From Nemertoderma westbladi (taxonomy: Eukaryota; Animalia; Xenacoelomorpha): 53,587 nucleotides of DNA. The notes below the pieces were generated by a model that worked only from the letters and a program-made list of their open reading frames with translations, had not been told where the DNA came from and ran no database searches. Location of the stretch: assembly GCA_032718475.1 (NCBI GenBank), contig JAUCBJ010004173.1, forward strand, positions 1-53,587. The letters are read 5' to 3'. Below, piece by piece: positions 11,492-24,389 of the stretch. Numbering within the stretch: the first letter of the stretch is position 1; each line of letters starts with the position of its first letter. The translations under genes were made by a program, and so were the position numbers.

Positions 11492-13789
11492 GGTTACAGG
11501 ACAAGTTGTATCCAGACAAGTTGTATCCAGACAAGTTGTATCCAGACAAGTTGTATCCAGACATCTTGTATCCAATTTTCCTGGATACAACTTGTCTTCC
11601 AAAAAAAGGACAAGTTGTATCCCGGCATAAAAAAATTGCTAAATAATTTCACAGTTGAATTATAAACTATTCTTATAATTTTCATTAATACTGTAGTTAA
11701 TAAACATAATATACAATACACATAATAATACATGATAACATTGTTACTAAAACTAAACTAAAACGTTACACAAAGTTATTAGCCAAAATGTTACACGGAG
11801 TTATTTGAAGTCCTTGTCCATTTCAGAGTCACTTACGTTGATATTTGAAAACAATGACTTTCTTCTCTTTAATAACTCTATGTTCTCGCCGACACCAATG
11901 AGAAAGCTCTCCACAGTGCGCTGTTGGTTGGTAATCTCAGTGCAGAGCGTTTTTATGCGTCTATCAAATGTTTTAGATTCTAAAGTTTCTCGACGTGGCT
12001 CTAGCTGTCCAACTGCGGCCCGAGCAAGTTGACATTGGACATCAGCATCTTTCGCTTTTAGAGCATCAATAAGTTTCCACACAGAAGGGTGCTTACTTCC
12101 TATAATGGTAGAAATATCACGATTAACAGCCTCGGAAGCATTGTTAGTTCTGCCAAAGTCATTTAATGTGGCTGCATGAACATTCCACTTCTCAACTGCA
12201 AATAAGGGTCCCGCAGAACGTATCTTCGAGACAAGGCCATTGCTGTCGCTACGAATACGTCGAGGTCCACTCAGATAGGTTCGGTCGAAGTAGGTTAACA
12301 GTTCGGCGCCTTCCCTGGGGGCAATGTCTTGTATTATGCGGAACCCATCTTTCACTTTATCTGTTGGCAGCAAAGCAAGTGAAGAAATCTTGGAGGCCCA
12401 TAACCTAAACTCCAAATTGGACTGATAGTGAGATTTCAATCCAAGCTCTTGAATGCGCTTGTTAATCGCTTGCCGGAGATGGAAGTAACAGAAAACAAAC
12501 GTCACACTGTCGCCGAAAGCCGCAATGATTGCGTTGTGTGCCGCCTTCTCAAAGTCCACGTGGACAACCGAAGGTGAAGCCCCTTGCATGGCGATCACAT
12601 TGAATAACTCCGAGTAAGTAGTTTCTGTTTTGCGTTCGAGAAATGCATAAAGCAGTGGCAGCATACGAGTGTACACCTTGGCACAGACTATATATAACTG
12701 GTAAAACGGTTTGGGAGCGATTGCAAATGTGCCATCAACTCCCCATTCTGACGAACTACGTAGAAATTTCATAGATTCATCGGTCCAGAATACCACAATT
12801 CTCTCATCAGCATTGACACCATTGTCATATTGGAGGAACTTTCCTCCATTATCTGAAGTTATAAAATCTATGATGGAGTCACCATGGAATGAGAGTTCCT
12901 TTAGTGATTTCGGATCCGGGGGAAGGTAGCGTGATCTTACACGACGTATCTGCCGCAGCAGTGATGAACGTTGCGGCAAACTGGTGTGCAACTTTGAATC
13001 AAGATCCCGAAGTGAGGAACAATAGATTTGGGTGGGTTTGGTATGGGATGATGAGGCCTGGTCCGCTATTCTCTGTCGGAATGCTGACAATTCCACAATC
13101 GGAGAATCGATACAGTTATGGGGATTACTAGTAATGACTTCGGTTGAGTGTGGAGTCAATGTCTTTACGGAACCAACACAGTGGGGTCGTTTGGTACAAA
13201 CCCACATTTCAGACCCATCCTTGTTGGTTTTCCGTTTGGAATACATTTTGCCATCATGGCAAAGTTTAGAATTACCGTGTATAGTTTTTTGATACACGGC
13301 CATGGAGTTTTTTGATACAAGGAAGAATGTATTGGTACAATAACTAAAAATTAATTAATTAAAATGTAATTTACAAATTGAACATATAATCGAGATCGCT
13401 AAAATATTAAACTGTTACTACATGGATTTACAGTTGATATTCATGATGCAGTGTCATTTGTTTGACCTCCTCTACATATTCATGATGCAGTGTCATTTGT
13501 TTGACCTCCATTACACAATGCTATTAAAGTGAGAAATCCTGATTGGAGAAAGAAAGAAATGCTCTGAACTAATTAATCGTATAATGTACGTACAGTATTA
13601 TGATTATGGATCGCCTAGTTAATTATATTATTCAATAGGATAGAATTACAGTTAATTTACAACGTAAATAAGTTGGATACAACATGTCCGAAAATCGGGA
13701 TACAAAATGTCCTTTTGTAAGCTAAGAATAGGAAATTGGATACAACTTGTCTGGATACAACTTGTCTGGATACAACCTGTCCGTTTACC
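11492..13789 (-). mobile_element. Apparently complete Mutator-superfamily (Phantom-like) DNA transposon
   Basis: TIRs GGTTACAGGACAAGTTGTATCC / GGATACAACCTGTCCGTTTACC built from 15-bp gacaagttgtatcca repeats; TSD gtctgtgt (11484-11491, 13790-13797); one intact transposase ORF. Confidence 0.93.
11801..13303 (-). CDS. MULE transposase with N-terminal FLYWCH-type zinc finger, 500 aa
   Basis: W.C...C...H.C N-terminus; DDE motifs WGVDGTF, VHVDFE, CYFH, RTNNASE. Confidence 0.92.
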   Translation of the reverse strand: MAVYQKTIHGNSKLCHDGKMYSKRKTNKDGSEMWVCTKRPHCVGSVKTLTPHSTEVITSNPHNCIDSPIVELSAFRQRIADQASSSHTKPTQIYCSSLRDLDSKLHTSLPQRSSLLRQIRRVRSRYLPPDPKSLKELSFHGDSIIDFITSDNGGKFLQYDNGVNADERIVVFWTDESMKFLRSSSEWGVDGTFAIAPKPFYQLYIVCAKVYTRMLPLLYAFLERKTETTYSELFNVIAMQGASPSVVHVDFEKAAHNAIIAAFGDSVTFVFCYFHLRQAINKRIQELGLKSHYQSNLEFRLWASKISSLALLPTDKVKDGFRIIQDIAPREGAELLTYFDRTYLSGPRRIRSDSNGLVSKIRSAGPLFAVEKWNVHAATLNDFGRTNNASEAVNRDISTIIGSKHPSVWKLIDALKAKDADVQCQLARAAVGQLEPRRETLESKTFDRRIKTLCTEITNQQRTVESFLIGVGENIELLKRRKSLFSNINVSDSEMDKDFK

Positions 13790-14442
13790 GTCTGTGTGAA
13801 GAAAGGATTTTTATGGATGCTCATTTTTATACATTTTAAATCATGTTCTACTGTTCTATATCGAATATAAGTGAATGTTATTAACAGGTGCACACAGTCA
13901 GACAGTATTAATTATACATTTAAATCTAATTAAAGTTTATTGGAAGTTATCTCATGCAAGGATGTGAATGTGAAATATCATTAATCCATCTTTGACTATA
14001 AGTCGACTGAAGCAAACTTAGTCACCGTCTGTTTCCGTTGAGTTTTACTGAACACTGTCGCCATTTTCTTTGGTCATTTTAGTGCCTTCCCCTTCTATTG
14101 AGCTCCATATTGGATTACAGTACACGTTAAACAATTATTTACTTAAAGTAGCTAGTCCCGTCCCGTGGATTATAACTGGATTATAAAGCAGCACTCATTA
14201 ATATAAATGGAAATAATACATTTTGTAATACGGTAATTGAAGTTGTTTCCATGTCACTGATTACTCTGCAGCGTTCCGTCCTATAGGCCGCAACGCTGCA
14301 AAGTCTGAAAGTAGTGCTTTGCAGCGTTATACGAGTAATTCACCAGAACGCTGTAAGTTGACATACAGTATGTAACAAAATCAGTAACGTGTCTATGTCA
14401 GTATGTACTACTACAGTACTACTGTGCATGTGCAATGAACCA

Positions 14443-14940
14443 AAGTCACAAGTCAAGTCAGAATTCATGTGATGAGAGCTCGTATTTAATGTTTAGGGCA
14501 TAGATAAGGCTAAAACTGCTTGTGGTACCCAACCCATATAACAAAAATAAATAAAACCAATAATTAAACGGAATAAGTTCATTAAGTAGATTGCAAGTAA
14601 GTAAGTAAATACTGGTCCGGTATGTAAGTGAATGTATCCTACTGATAGGTATATGTGTAGTCTAATGTAAACAATAAAAGAAATAAAGTAATGTATAAAA
14701 ATGTAAAATAATGTATAATAAGAAAAACAATATGTGAATCGAGATAATGAGAAGATCACAATAATTAATTGAACATATGAATGTGTAAAAATCTTTATAA
14801 ATTATAAGTTAGAACCATGAAGGGGTAAATTTCAAAGGATGGCCCTTTAAAATGGTCGCTCAGCCTTGATTTGAAAGAGTTTATGGTGGGTGCGGTAACC
14901 ACAACTGTGAGATAGTGAGTTCCATGTATCAACGACCATA
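14443..14940 (-). mobile_element. Degenerate CR1-like LINE 3' fragment
   Basis: Minus strand translates, with frameshifts, WNSL..VVTAPTINSFKSRL.DHF..HPLKF; short (gactt)n-like tail near 14443-14461. Confidence 0.6.
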
Positions 14941-15329
14941 AAGTATATTTCTTTCCACCAATGTTTATCAATACATTAGTATATTAACTGTATATAGCAT
15001 AGTATTATACTGTAGCACGGTTCAATAATAAAACTGAACATTTCTATTTTTTGTGCTTGTACTCGTATACTAGTATACAGTATACAGTACTAGTATTTTT
15101 TGTGCTTGTACTACAGTATACACGTAGACGTGTTGAATATTATTATGGCCCGTAATAATTTATTTATTGTAATTCTGATTGGGTTTCTATATTTTTTGCA
15201 ACAATTCCTCCATAGGACTACTACTGTACTCCATATACAATTTATGGGTGTATAAGAGTGAATATAGCATTTTCAAGGTACTGTAGAGTATTACGAATAC
15301 TACTGCACCCTACCAAGACTGAATAACAT

Positions 15330-15720
15330 TCTGCGTTTGTCTCCATCTGATCTTTAGGGCTCCCCTTCCCTTAGTAGTCTTGTATAGCCTCCATCAATTC
15401 GTTGTTCAAATGATTTTGTCAGTGTCCAGGTCTCACACCCATAAAAGTATACTTTCCACTGTGACTCGAAATAACTTAGTCTTCAGGTGTCTGGAGCGGT
15501 CTGATTTCCAGATGGGATCCATTTATGATAGAGCTACAGTACCAATGCCTTTGCTTTCCTAATTTCTACGCCAGCTAAAGGTAGTACAGTACCACATTAC
15601 TGCCATAGTGGTAGCAGGATCTGGGGACCTTGACCCGACAATAATATGGGCTTGGGTAATATGCCTACTGTACAATATTTGGGCGAAGTTCGTCAAGTGA
15701 TGGTATTCATAGTTAGTTGG
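15330..15720 (-). mobile_element. Degenerate RTE-like LINE fragment
   Basis: Minus strand reads IWKSDRSRHLKTKLFRVTVESILL/GCETWTLTK across one frameshift, homologous to the C-terminal part of the RT at 1439-3049. Confidence 0.65.
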
Positions 15721-17074
15721 ACTGTGTACAGTATAATATAGTTTAAAGTAATACAAACACACTCTTGTAGTGTGTTTGTATCTGCGACACGTTAATGTCT
15801 TTGTTTAATTATTAATTTTTTTCGCATTTACTAGTATGGTCGTTCCTTTATACCCAAAAGCATAAAAACACAATATTTGTTATCCTCATAAAATTCATAA
15901 ATCACAAACAGCGGAGTTGTTTGTTAACCTGACATGTTATTCCACGCCTTTGGTATCTCGTAACTTCGCTTAATTAAGGAAATATGTTATGGGTTCGACT
16001 TTGACTACAAAATGAGGATTATATGTTTAGCTAGCTACAATTTCTATCTGTGCTGTAGAGCATAAGATTCGGATGGGGAGCCCAGGGGGACTGAAGTGTC
16101 CGTTCAGAGTATTCTTCTATAATATTTATGATTAATGGCCTGTGGGTGGGTGTGTACCAAACGTACAGTAGTCGACTCAGCAACACGTATTGGGTGCGTT
16201 TTGTAAAGCAAGACGATAAATGTCAGGGGAGTTTCTTCGAAATTTGTGAAAGGAAACTCTTTCATTTTCTCTAGTCTCTGCGCCTTTAGGCGTCTTTGCT
16301 GCCTACTGTAGAGTACTTACATATACCGGCGTAAGGGGGTATTTGTTGCTTGTAATAGATGTGTCGAAGCAGTTGTATTTCATATCCTTTTTATGGGATA
16401 CACATACTGTATGTCATTGAGGAAAGGTCAGCGGGTAGCGACGAAGCTGTGAACTTTGGTATGATACGCCTACACATACACTACAGTAGGAGAAGCATCA
16501 AGGTGACATTTCCATTGAAGACAAGATGTCATGCTGTTCCCAAAGTAGACATCCGCTCCCACGACAATGCTACCAATATATTATTTACATTTTCGAGACA
16601 TATTTTCTATTTTTTGGAGAAAATAGTCCACTCGTCGTTACCACTCAGACCGTTCGAAAATGTTTAAATATAATAAGAACCGTGTCGGTGGCGGAGATAG
16701 GCTCGCTCTGTAAATTATACACCTCGCGGTCAGCTGAATATAAAACGCTGTTTTATTTCCATGTTTAAAGTGTTTATTCATTCGGAACTTGTCGCATTAA
16801 TCTCAATACAATTCAATCTGGATGTATGCCACACCTCTCCTTTAAATAATTGTTTTAAATTATATTTAATTAACAAAATAAATTATACACATGGGGTAAA
16901 CTTCTGTAACTATATTACAAGCACCAATTTTATAAATTCAATTATAATAAATAAAAATACTGTAATTAAAACATTAATAAACAATATGCCTATTGTAAAA
17001 AGGACAATATTTATGTCCTTTATTTACTGTATATGCTCATCATTATTGATCTCTATTGATTTGCTTTGATTTAA

Positions 17075-17279
17075 TGCCCGTTTCCTCGCAGCTTTTTTTT
17101 GAGCTTTATTTCTAGCTTTTTTTAGCTTTTTTTACGCGTTATTAAAAGCTTTTTTTTAGCTTTATTCTATATTTTAGGTTTTAGCATTCGAAAATTCTCA
17201 GATTTATCTTGAAGCAATTAATTTCTAGAAATTGTTTTAACTAAAAAAAGCTTGAAAAAAAGCAGCGCGGAAACGGGCC
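17075..17279. mobile_element. Small TTAA-flanked MITE
   Basis: tgcccgtttcctcgcagcttttttt / aaaaaaagcagcgcggaaacgggcc with ttaa on both sides. Confidence 0.7.
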
Positions 17280-18143
17280 TTAAGTCCAGACTCCATTCAA
17301 TGCAACATTGTTGCAGCAACATTGTTGTAGCAACTTGTTGTGCAGTTATTTCGTGAGATGTTCCTGTAACATGTTGCTGTGGGGTTTTTGTATCTCCTTA
17401 ATTAAAAATTTTTGTATTTATTTAAAAAATAACAATTTACAGTAGGCTATATCTTATTTATTATAGATACACCCTATATCTTTTAACATTAAACTGATTG
17501 AACTACTGTAGTTGAACTTCAATGGCGATTGCTTTATTTGGTTGTTCGTAATAAAATGCGAAAATATTTGCAGCAATTATCCCCGGCACATATTGATGTT
17601 AATTATTTCACAGTTTTTTCTATGAGATACCGCCTAACAGTAATTATTGTTATTTTTGAATGAAATGTAGAGAATCTGCTTTTTATAAGCACTTTTCGTG
17701 GCACTTTTATTTGATCGAATTTCCAAAAAGTGTACAGTAGTAGTTCTTTATCTTGTTTTCACATTGTGATATTCGTGATTAGAGACACCTTGTGTCTGGA
17801 CAATTCGGTATCCAGTCTGAAAATCTGTAACCAGCGTAAGTTCATAGTTTATTATTCAATTATTCCTGATAGAAACTTCCGCTACTACAACCTGCTCCTT
17901 TGAATTAATTCAGCAATTAGTAAAGGAAAAGGCAGATTTTACACAAGTGGTCCGGACAAAAGTGGTCGTGATGTACTGTAGGAATCGCCAGCAGTGAACC
18001 CTGTGATGTGAATAAATAAAACCACATAAAGAGTAAATATTGTAGTTATCTAAGAAAATTACACATAGTGTATAAATCCAAAACCAATTCGAAGTGATGA
18101 TTTGATTAGTACGAGATTTCCGTGTACAGTATGTGGTTTTACT

Positions 18144-18821
18144 TTAATTGTCGAAAAATCCACCAACAACAACAACCATCGCTGCCACAATTATGGCACC
18201 GAAGGAGCACAATATATTCGCGCCATCTGAACCAACTGCCGTGGTCGTCGTTTCCCGAGCTGCTGTCGTCGTTACCACTTTAACCCTGGGGTCATCCTCC
18301 CATGTGGTCACACAGTAACCATCACAACATCCCCACTGGCAGGTCCTCTCCTGAGAGACCACATGCGCTGACAATATAGTCGGAACTATGTCAACCCCCT
18401 CGGTATTTATGGTCCCGTTGTTCCAATCCTCTGTGCATTCCTCTTCCGTCTTCGCATGTATTTCTTGGCACTCAGTGGCGTTGTGCTCACATTGAATCCA
18501 GAGGAACTCGAAGGTCACTTCCTTACCTTCTATTGGTAACTGAGGTGACCCTTTAGCCACTGCGGTGTAAAGAAGGGACAGCTCTGAGCATATTGCGCAA
18601 CCGGTTTCGCTTACGGGGTTACCGATGTTCTTCAACTGAGGATTGTTCTGATCCATTTGCAACATGTTTTGCGTGAATTCTTCTACTGTGGCTATGGTTT
18701 CTTCATCTTCTGCGTAGATATTGAGAGTGTGACCGGTTTTACATGTCAAACCTTTGATATCGCGTATCTGATGTGACAGAAGAAGCACACAAAGTATTTG
18801 GGAAATCTTTGAAAGTCCCAT
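18144..18821 (-). CDS. Secreted or GPI-anchored Cys-rich protein, Ly6/uPAR-like, 225 aa
   Basis: Signal-peptide-like N-terminus followed by LTC; 10 Cys in the mature domain ending GCCDGYC; Thr-rich stalk; small-residue SDGA site then hydrophobic C-terminus. Confidence 0.7.
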   Translation of the reverse strand: MGLSKISQILCVLLLSHQIRDIKGLTCKTGHTLNIYAEDEETIATVEEFTQNMLQMDQNNPQLKNIGNPVSETGCAICSELSLLYTAVAKGSPQLPIEGKEVTFEFLWIQCEHNATECQEIHAKTEEECTEDWNNGTINTEGVDIVPTILSAHVVSQERTCQWGCCDGYCVTTWEDDPRVKVVTTTAARETTTTAVGSDGANILCSFGAIIVAAMVVVVGGFFDN

Positions 18822-19419
18822 TTGATATCAGAACGGAATGGAAATACTGTATCAGTTTCAGCAAGCGAAGCAAAATGGAATTACTACAGTAGTTACTAAT
18901 GTACAATATTTGCACGACATCTGTACGCCCGTCACTGGGGCCAAACTGCATCAACCTTTCATGGAGAAGGCTCTCGCCCCGCTTAAGTCTTGGAAAATTA
19001 AATTTAAAGTGTGTTGTGATAAATGGTGATGTATCATACAGTATATAATTACATTGTTTCTTACGTTACGTCCCACAATGTTGGGGAACATGTGGCATTT
19101 TTCCCACGAAGATATGTTCCCCTACACCAGCACTGTGCTTCTGTACAATCTCCAGTTCGCTTCTCACTAAAGCAGAAATCTATAGATCAATATTCTGCTG
19201 TACAGTAGTTGATTATGACAATGTCATAATGTAACCTCTACCTTCTACAGTACCATACCGCTATACAGTATTTGCATATATTGTGTTTTGTTCATACTTA
19301 ATGAAAAATAGATGGAATTGTTCGGGTATATTATGTCTAATTAATACGCGCAAAATCGCTCAAAGGTCTTCGTCTACTAACGCATGAACCTACATAATGC
19401 AGTACCAAAATAAATTCAC

Positions 19420-19489
19420 CGGCAACAGGAATTGAACACGGTACCTAGAGATTCAAAGTCCAACGCTCTACCAACTTCGCCACTGCGCC
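19420..19489 (-). mobile_element. tRNA-derived (Gln-TTG-like) SINE or pseudo-tRNA segment within a probable repeat extending to ~19590
   Basis: A box TGGCGAAGTTGG, B box GTTCAATTCC, CT-TTG-AA loop, but anticodon and T stems pair poorly. The nearby ctagaggtctcgctacgcggacct hairpin resembles a Helentron/DINE terminus. Confidence 0.55.
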
Positions 19490-20056
19490 GTATGAAGACT
19501 TATAAAGCTAAAACCTATCTGGAAAGTACATAACACCAACAACAACAACAATGGAGTGAATACTAGAGGTCTCGCTACGCGGACCTAAACGTACAGTATG
19601 TTGAATCAAAAATATAGCCAGTGACTCCGCACTTTTCATTTTCAGTGTTCTCGTTAAATTGCTCTGGCTGTGCTAATTTTTGTATTATTATTATTATGTT
19701 GTTATAATGATTTAGACCAAGTGAATGGGCAATACACATCAAGGAATAAAAATAAAGTAAATATTTATATTTATATTTATAATATCTACAATACTGTAAG
19801 CAAGAAAAATACTGTATGCAGGCCTAGTGGAAGAAACAAGAAAATTATATAATGTGTTGTCATGCAAAATAAATATTACGTGCAATAAATATTTATAAAA
19901 CATGCGGTCATCGTTTACCTACAAAGTTACTAAAAGGAAGTCAAGGAAGTTGTTGAGTTGAGATTCAATGCGCATGTTGCTACAGTAGAAGTTTATTTGG
20001 ATGCCAGCCACATACAGTACTGTAGATAATTTTCTGGAAGGTATAATTACAGAGCA

Positions 20057-20404
20057 ACACGACCGAACACTGTCGAACACACCCAACTCACACCCCAAAA
20101 ACTGCTGAACACAATCGAACACAGTCGAACAGTGTCTTATCTCTTGTACACCGGTACCTGCCAGGGTAGATACCAATCCATCAGCTGATCTGATAAGAAA
20201 TGAATATTTAATTTCGCGACAATTTTGTTCAAAAATTTCAGGGATTTACTTATAATAGAAAAGCAACGCGTGGCTAATTTTATCTAAAAGTGTTGTGTGT
20301 TTATGGGTGTTATGTTTTTGTGCTCTTTCGATTTTCGACGGTGTTCGATTGTGTTTGGCAGTTGGGGGGTGTGTTTGTGTGTGTTCAACTGTGTTCGGTC
20401 GTGT
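20057..20404. repeat. Inverted-repeat (MITE-like) element
   Basis: acacgaccgaacac... tract at 20057-20130 is inverted at 20330-20404; no TSD recognised. Confidence 0.55.
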
Positions 20405-21440
20405 TTAATGTCGTAAAATGTAGATGATAGAGGGACCAGAATAAGTTCAAGAGGCGGGCCATTAGAACAACCTTGTTAAAATAATCTCTCCTATAAGGTA
20501 CGGAGAACGCCACACTAACATCCAAGGATGGACAATCCATAATCCAACCCTTTTATCTCCCCCAGAAGAAGCTAGGTCCAAATTGCATTGTACCGTTGCG
20601 TTTGCGTAAACACTAACGTCTTATGATCGAGTATAAAACCAATATACTGTATAATGACAATAGATGAGCAATAATCCCAGATATAACATTCAATGTAGAG
20701 AGGAGTGAAAAAAGGTATGATCGGATGATTAGTAAGGAGTACCTTCTCACTTCCTATGCAAGTGAAGTGAGCAAACAATGCATAGTGTATTACACAGGAC
20801 AAATCATTGTGTATTACTGTAATACTAATGGAGCCCAACGGGATGTACAATACAATCATATTGGTCAATGTTATTACTACAGTAAGGTGAGAGACTATGA
20901 ACTACAGTATTGGTAAAATGGCTCCTTACAGCCGCGCTCGGAATGTGATGAGGACGATAGAGGTGTGAACAATAAGATAGTCAGATGTTGTCAATATTGA
21001 TTATATTAGCGGTGATTTATTGGTGTACTGTATATTCAGTATGTGTGTACGTAGATTCGATCATCTTACTATCGCCGGTTCCATAAGGACCTTGATGGGT
21101 ATTTACCTATTAGTTATATTATTGGTTAAGTATTTACGCTATCCTCAACCTCAACTGAGATAGTTTGATCATATAAGGAAGGTATCGAATCAAATATACA
21201 AAGCAATAATAAATCTTTTCTTTCCATTGACACTCGTCTATTATCCATACCAAACACTCGACTGGATTTACCCACGCTAGGACCCCTGGTCGAGACCAGA
21301 GTGAGCTTGATTGTGAGGAGGAGTTACAGTAGATATTATCAGATGCGTAGACCTACTGTACACAAACTTGAATCGTTGAAAGATTCCGAACTACTGTATT
21401 TAGAACAGACGGTATCTACTCACACGTCTAAAGTGTTTAA

Positions 21441-21719
21441 GGCCCGTTAACATCCAACGGAACACGGTACACAGATGACTGTGAACGATCTAACAGGTAC
21501 AGTAGTTGTGCGCTAAACCGCGCGGTTTACCGCAGCCCATTTAAACAATAAAGTAATTAATGTAATTTCCTGCTGAATTCACAGTCCACAAAGATAGAAA
21601 AGCAGTTACCGCAACAGTGCCGTTGGATGTGAACGGGCTCCGGGTAGTATACCGCTTGCTTACCGCTTTAATACCGCCAGACTACTTCACCGCTCACGCA
21701 CCGTTGGATGTGAACGGGC
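21441..21719. mobile_element. Harbinger-like MITE with duplicated right TIR
   Basis: ggcccgttaacatccaacgg at left; ccgttggatgtgaacgggc at both ~21620-21638 and 21701-21719. Confidence 0.6.
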
Positions 21720-21906
21720 GCTTTAGGGACTATAAAGTAAATTACAAGTATTTCGATTCAACACTTTACATCCCGGAGAGGTAATAATCCTACATTATAT
21801 CCCGCCAGGTTATAAAGAACAATCTTATATCTGACAACTTCTAAAAATACGTTCTGGAACACGCTTCCAGAACATTTGTAAATTATATACTACAGTATAT
21901 GCGGAA

Positions 21907-22095
21907 GTGCAATAATGGTATTGTGTCAACATATTTGCGTTTATCACTAATTACCTATATTGCAATTTTGCAAACTGATACTGTAGCAAAAAAAATTATA
22001 AAAGCTTTTTTATTCACATCTTTAGTTGTTCGAAATAAACTATAGGACTAAATTTATTTATACCGAATTAAATATTTAAGATTTCTTAACCACTA
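21907..22095 (+). repeat. Dispersed repeat; second copy at ~42346-42530
   Basis: gtgcaataat...gtcaacatatttgcgtttatc..taattacc...aaaagcttttttattcacat shared between the two sites. Confidence 0.65.
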
Positions 22096-23918
22096 GCGCT
22101 ATATTAACACAGTACATGAAAACCAATAGTAACAGGGCAAGGCTTTGTCCAAAATGAATAATTTTTGGTATAAAGGTCAATCGATAACTGAAGGTTGTTT
22201 TTTAAAAAAAATAATGTTTTTGTAATATAGTTATAATAATTTAGTGCTAATTGGTAGCTTTGAATTACTACTATTACTAAAAACACTACTCTTCTAACAA
22301 ACATTAGTTATATAACTAGTTATGTGGTACATATAATTAGGATATAGTGTTGAATAAAAGTATTGGTCAAAATTTTTTGATATTGATTATTTCCAATTTT
22401 ATTACCAAAATTAATTGATTATTTTCATTTTTTTTTAAATACTAGCATTATTCACATTTCGAAGCCAATAAAATAAGTTAGGAACAAAATTTTAAAATTC
22501 TGACCAATACTTTTGAAGACACCAAGCTTATGATTACTGTGTCCAAATTTCATCAAAAAATATTAAAAATTGGCAGAAGAGTAGTAGCATTTATAATTTC
22601 GTAGGGATGAAAAAATTCCATTCCGAGATAATTGCCTTTAAAGTTTGAACCTTCCCGCGCAAAACTGTCTGTCTGTGAGAATGTTTGTCAATCTAGTAAC
22701 AAGAAAGCTCATGCTAAGATTTATGCTATGCTATTTATGCTACTTATATCTATTTTCCAGGTCGCTGATTTCATTTCTGAGGTCAGTTTACACTTTTAAT
22801 GAAATCTAGTTTGTCTGTATGCCTGCCTGTTATTCTTTCTGACTATCCCGATTAACTGTCTGTCAAATATAAGAAAAAGGCACACCCTCTAGCTAAAAGT
22901 TTGAGACAGGGGGAGAAACTGGACGCAAAACCCGCTTTGTTTTTGCCATCCAATTAAGGTTAGGAACTACACTCCCATATCTTACAATATCTGCTGTAAA
23001 TTACAGTGATACAGTATATTGCGGTTCCTTGTCGCCTCATCGCGGAGTGTCTAGTGCATTATAAAATTTGACTTTAATGGAAAGTAAAATTCTTTCATTT
23101 TTAGCAATAAAATTATTACCAAAATATAAGAAAACAATGATGCCCTGCCTATGGAGAGGAGTTGAATTACACAAAATCCTCAATGGTGCCAGCTGGGTCA
23201 GTCGGATTATTGATGTGTAGGCCTACCTACTATGTTACTATATATTATTACGCCTACCGATTGTTTAATAGTGTTTAACTATACTGTACTCCCGCACAAG
23301 GTTCAGTGAAAAAACAGTAGATACATAGAACAGTACAGCAGTACTTCTAGTGTAGTAGATTCGTGTCTCTGACGGACTATAAAAGATAACGGTCAATGAG
23401 TTTTGTATATAATCGTAGGGGTATGAATAGGCGGGTAGCGGGTAGGTATGGTTTACCATGAAATTTCTCTAACAATGGCTTCTGACATATGACTGCTGTC
23501 ATGGAAAGAGCCCAGGTTTGGACTTGACAAGTAGTGAACAATGCCCAATGCCATCCATTATTGTTATGCTGTTATGGCTGTATGGTGCCTTCCTATTGGC
23601 TGACTGGAATATTATTGTATGCATGCTTTGTTCGTATCCCCCATCCCAAGTACAACTTGTTCAAAAACACTTTATAAAAAGGGCCACTCTAATTGTCAAA
23701 GCATTATTTTTATTAATCTTCCAAGGTTTGATTAGTTAGTTGATAGTGTGATAGTGAATATTTCAGTATTTAGTGCTGTAGACTGTAGTTGTGTGTTTCA
23801 GTTCACTAGGCCTAACTCTGTAACTCAGTCAGTCAGTATAGTCAGTAGTGCAGTACTGCAGTAGTGGTATAATAAACTTTACCCCGCTGGTGTATATAAC
23901 TTGAAATATAATATCAAA

Positions 23919-24389
23919 ATGTCAGGACGAGGGAAAAAGCGAGCAAAGTCCATCTCAAAATCGACCAGAGCCGGTGTCTTGTTCCCGGTTGGAAGAATCC
24001 AAAGGATCATGAAAAAGACGACCCATAAATACCGGATCAGTGTTGGCGCCCCGGTTTATTTGGCTGCGGTCATCGAATATCTAACCGCGGAGATTCTGGA
24101 GCTAGCCGGGAACGCCGCTCGCGACAACAAACGCGCTCGAGTTATTCCCAGACATATCCTTCTCGCTATCGCTAACGACGAAGAACTCCACCATCTATTG
24201 AAGAACGTCACCATCCCTCAAGGCGGAGTTCTCCCTCGAATACATCCGGAGCTTCTTATTCGCAAAGGTGTGTCGGCGAAGTTGGGATCCTCGGTTGTTA
24301 AACCCAAATCATCGTCTCCACCGAAACCCAAAGTTCCTCAAATTAAGAAATCGAAAGCGGGGAAACCTAAAGCTGAAGTTGTCCAGTAG
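23919..24389 (+). CDS. macroH2A: macroH2A-type histone H2A without macro domain, copy 1 (156 aa)
   Basis: [32 protein letters not shown] and [12 protein letters not shown] are macroH2A-diagnostic rather than canonical H2A. Followed by a K/P-rich linker then TAG. ATG at 23919 in AAAATG context. Confidence 0.88.
   Translation: MSGRGKKRAKSISKSTRAGVLFPVGRIQRIMKKTTHKYRISVGAPVYLAAVIEYLTAEILELAGNAARDNKRARVIPRHILLAIANDEELHHLLKNVTIPQGGVLPRIHPELLIRKGVSAKLGSSVVKPKSSSPPKPKVPQIKKSKAGKPKAEVVQ

Noticed and set aside
11499-11620. 15-bp tandem repeats and short TSCIQ/QVVSR ORFs resembling an array
   Set aside because: No spacers; these are the subterminal repeats of the Mutator TIR.
19420-19489. Functional tRNA-Gln gene
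   Set aside because: Anticodon and T stems pair poorly and it sits in repeat-like context; treated as a tRNA-derived repeat.
20440-21400. Possible decayed retroelement coding sequence
   Set aside because: Only faint integrase-like fragments; no motif could be supported.
23901-23918. N-terminal extension MKYNIK on histone copy 1
   Set aside because: Arises from a TTG start; the paralog shows the true start is the ATG at 23919.
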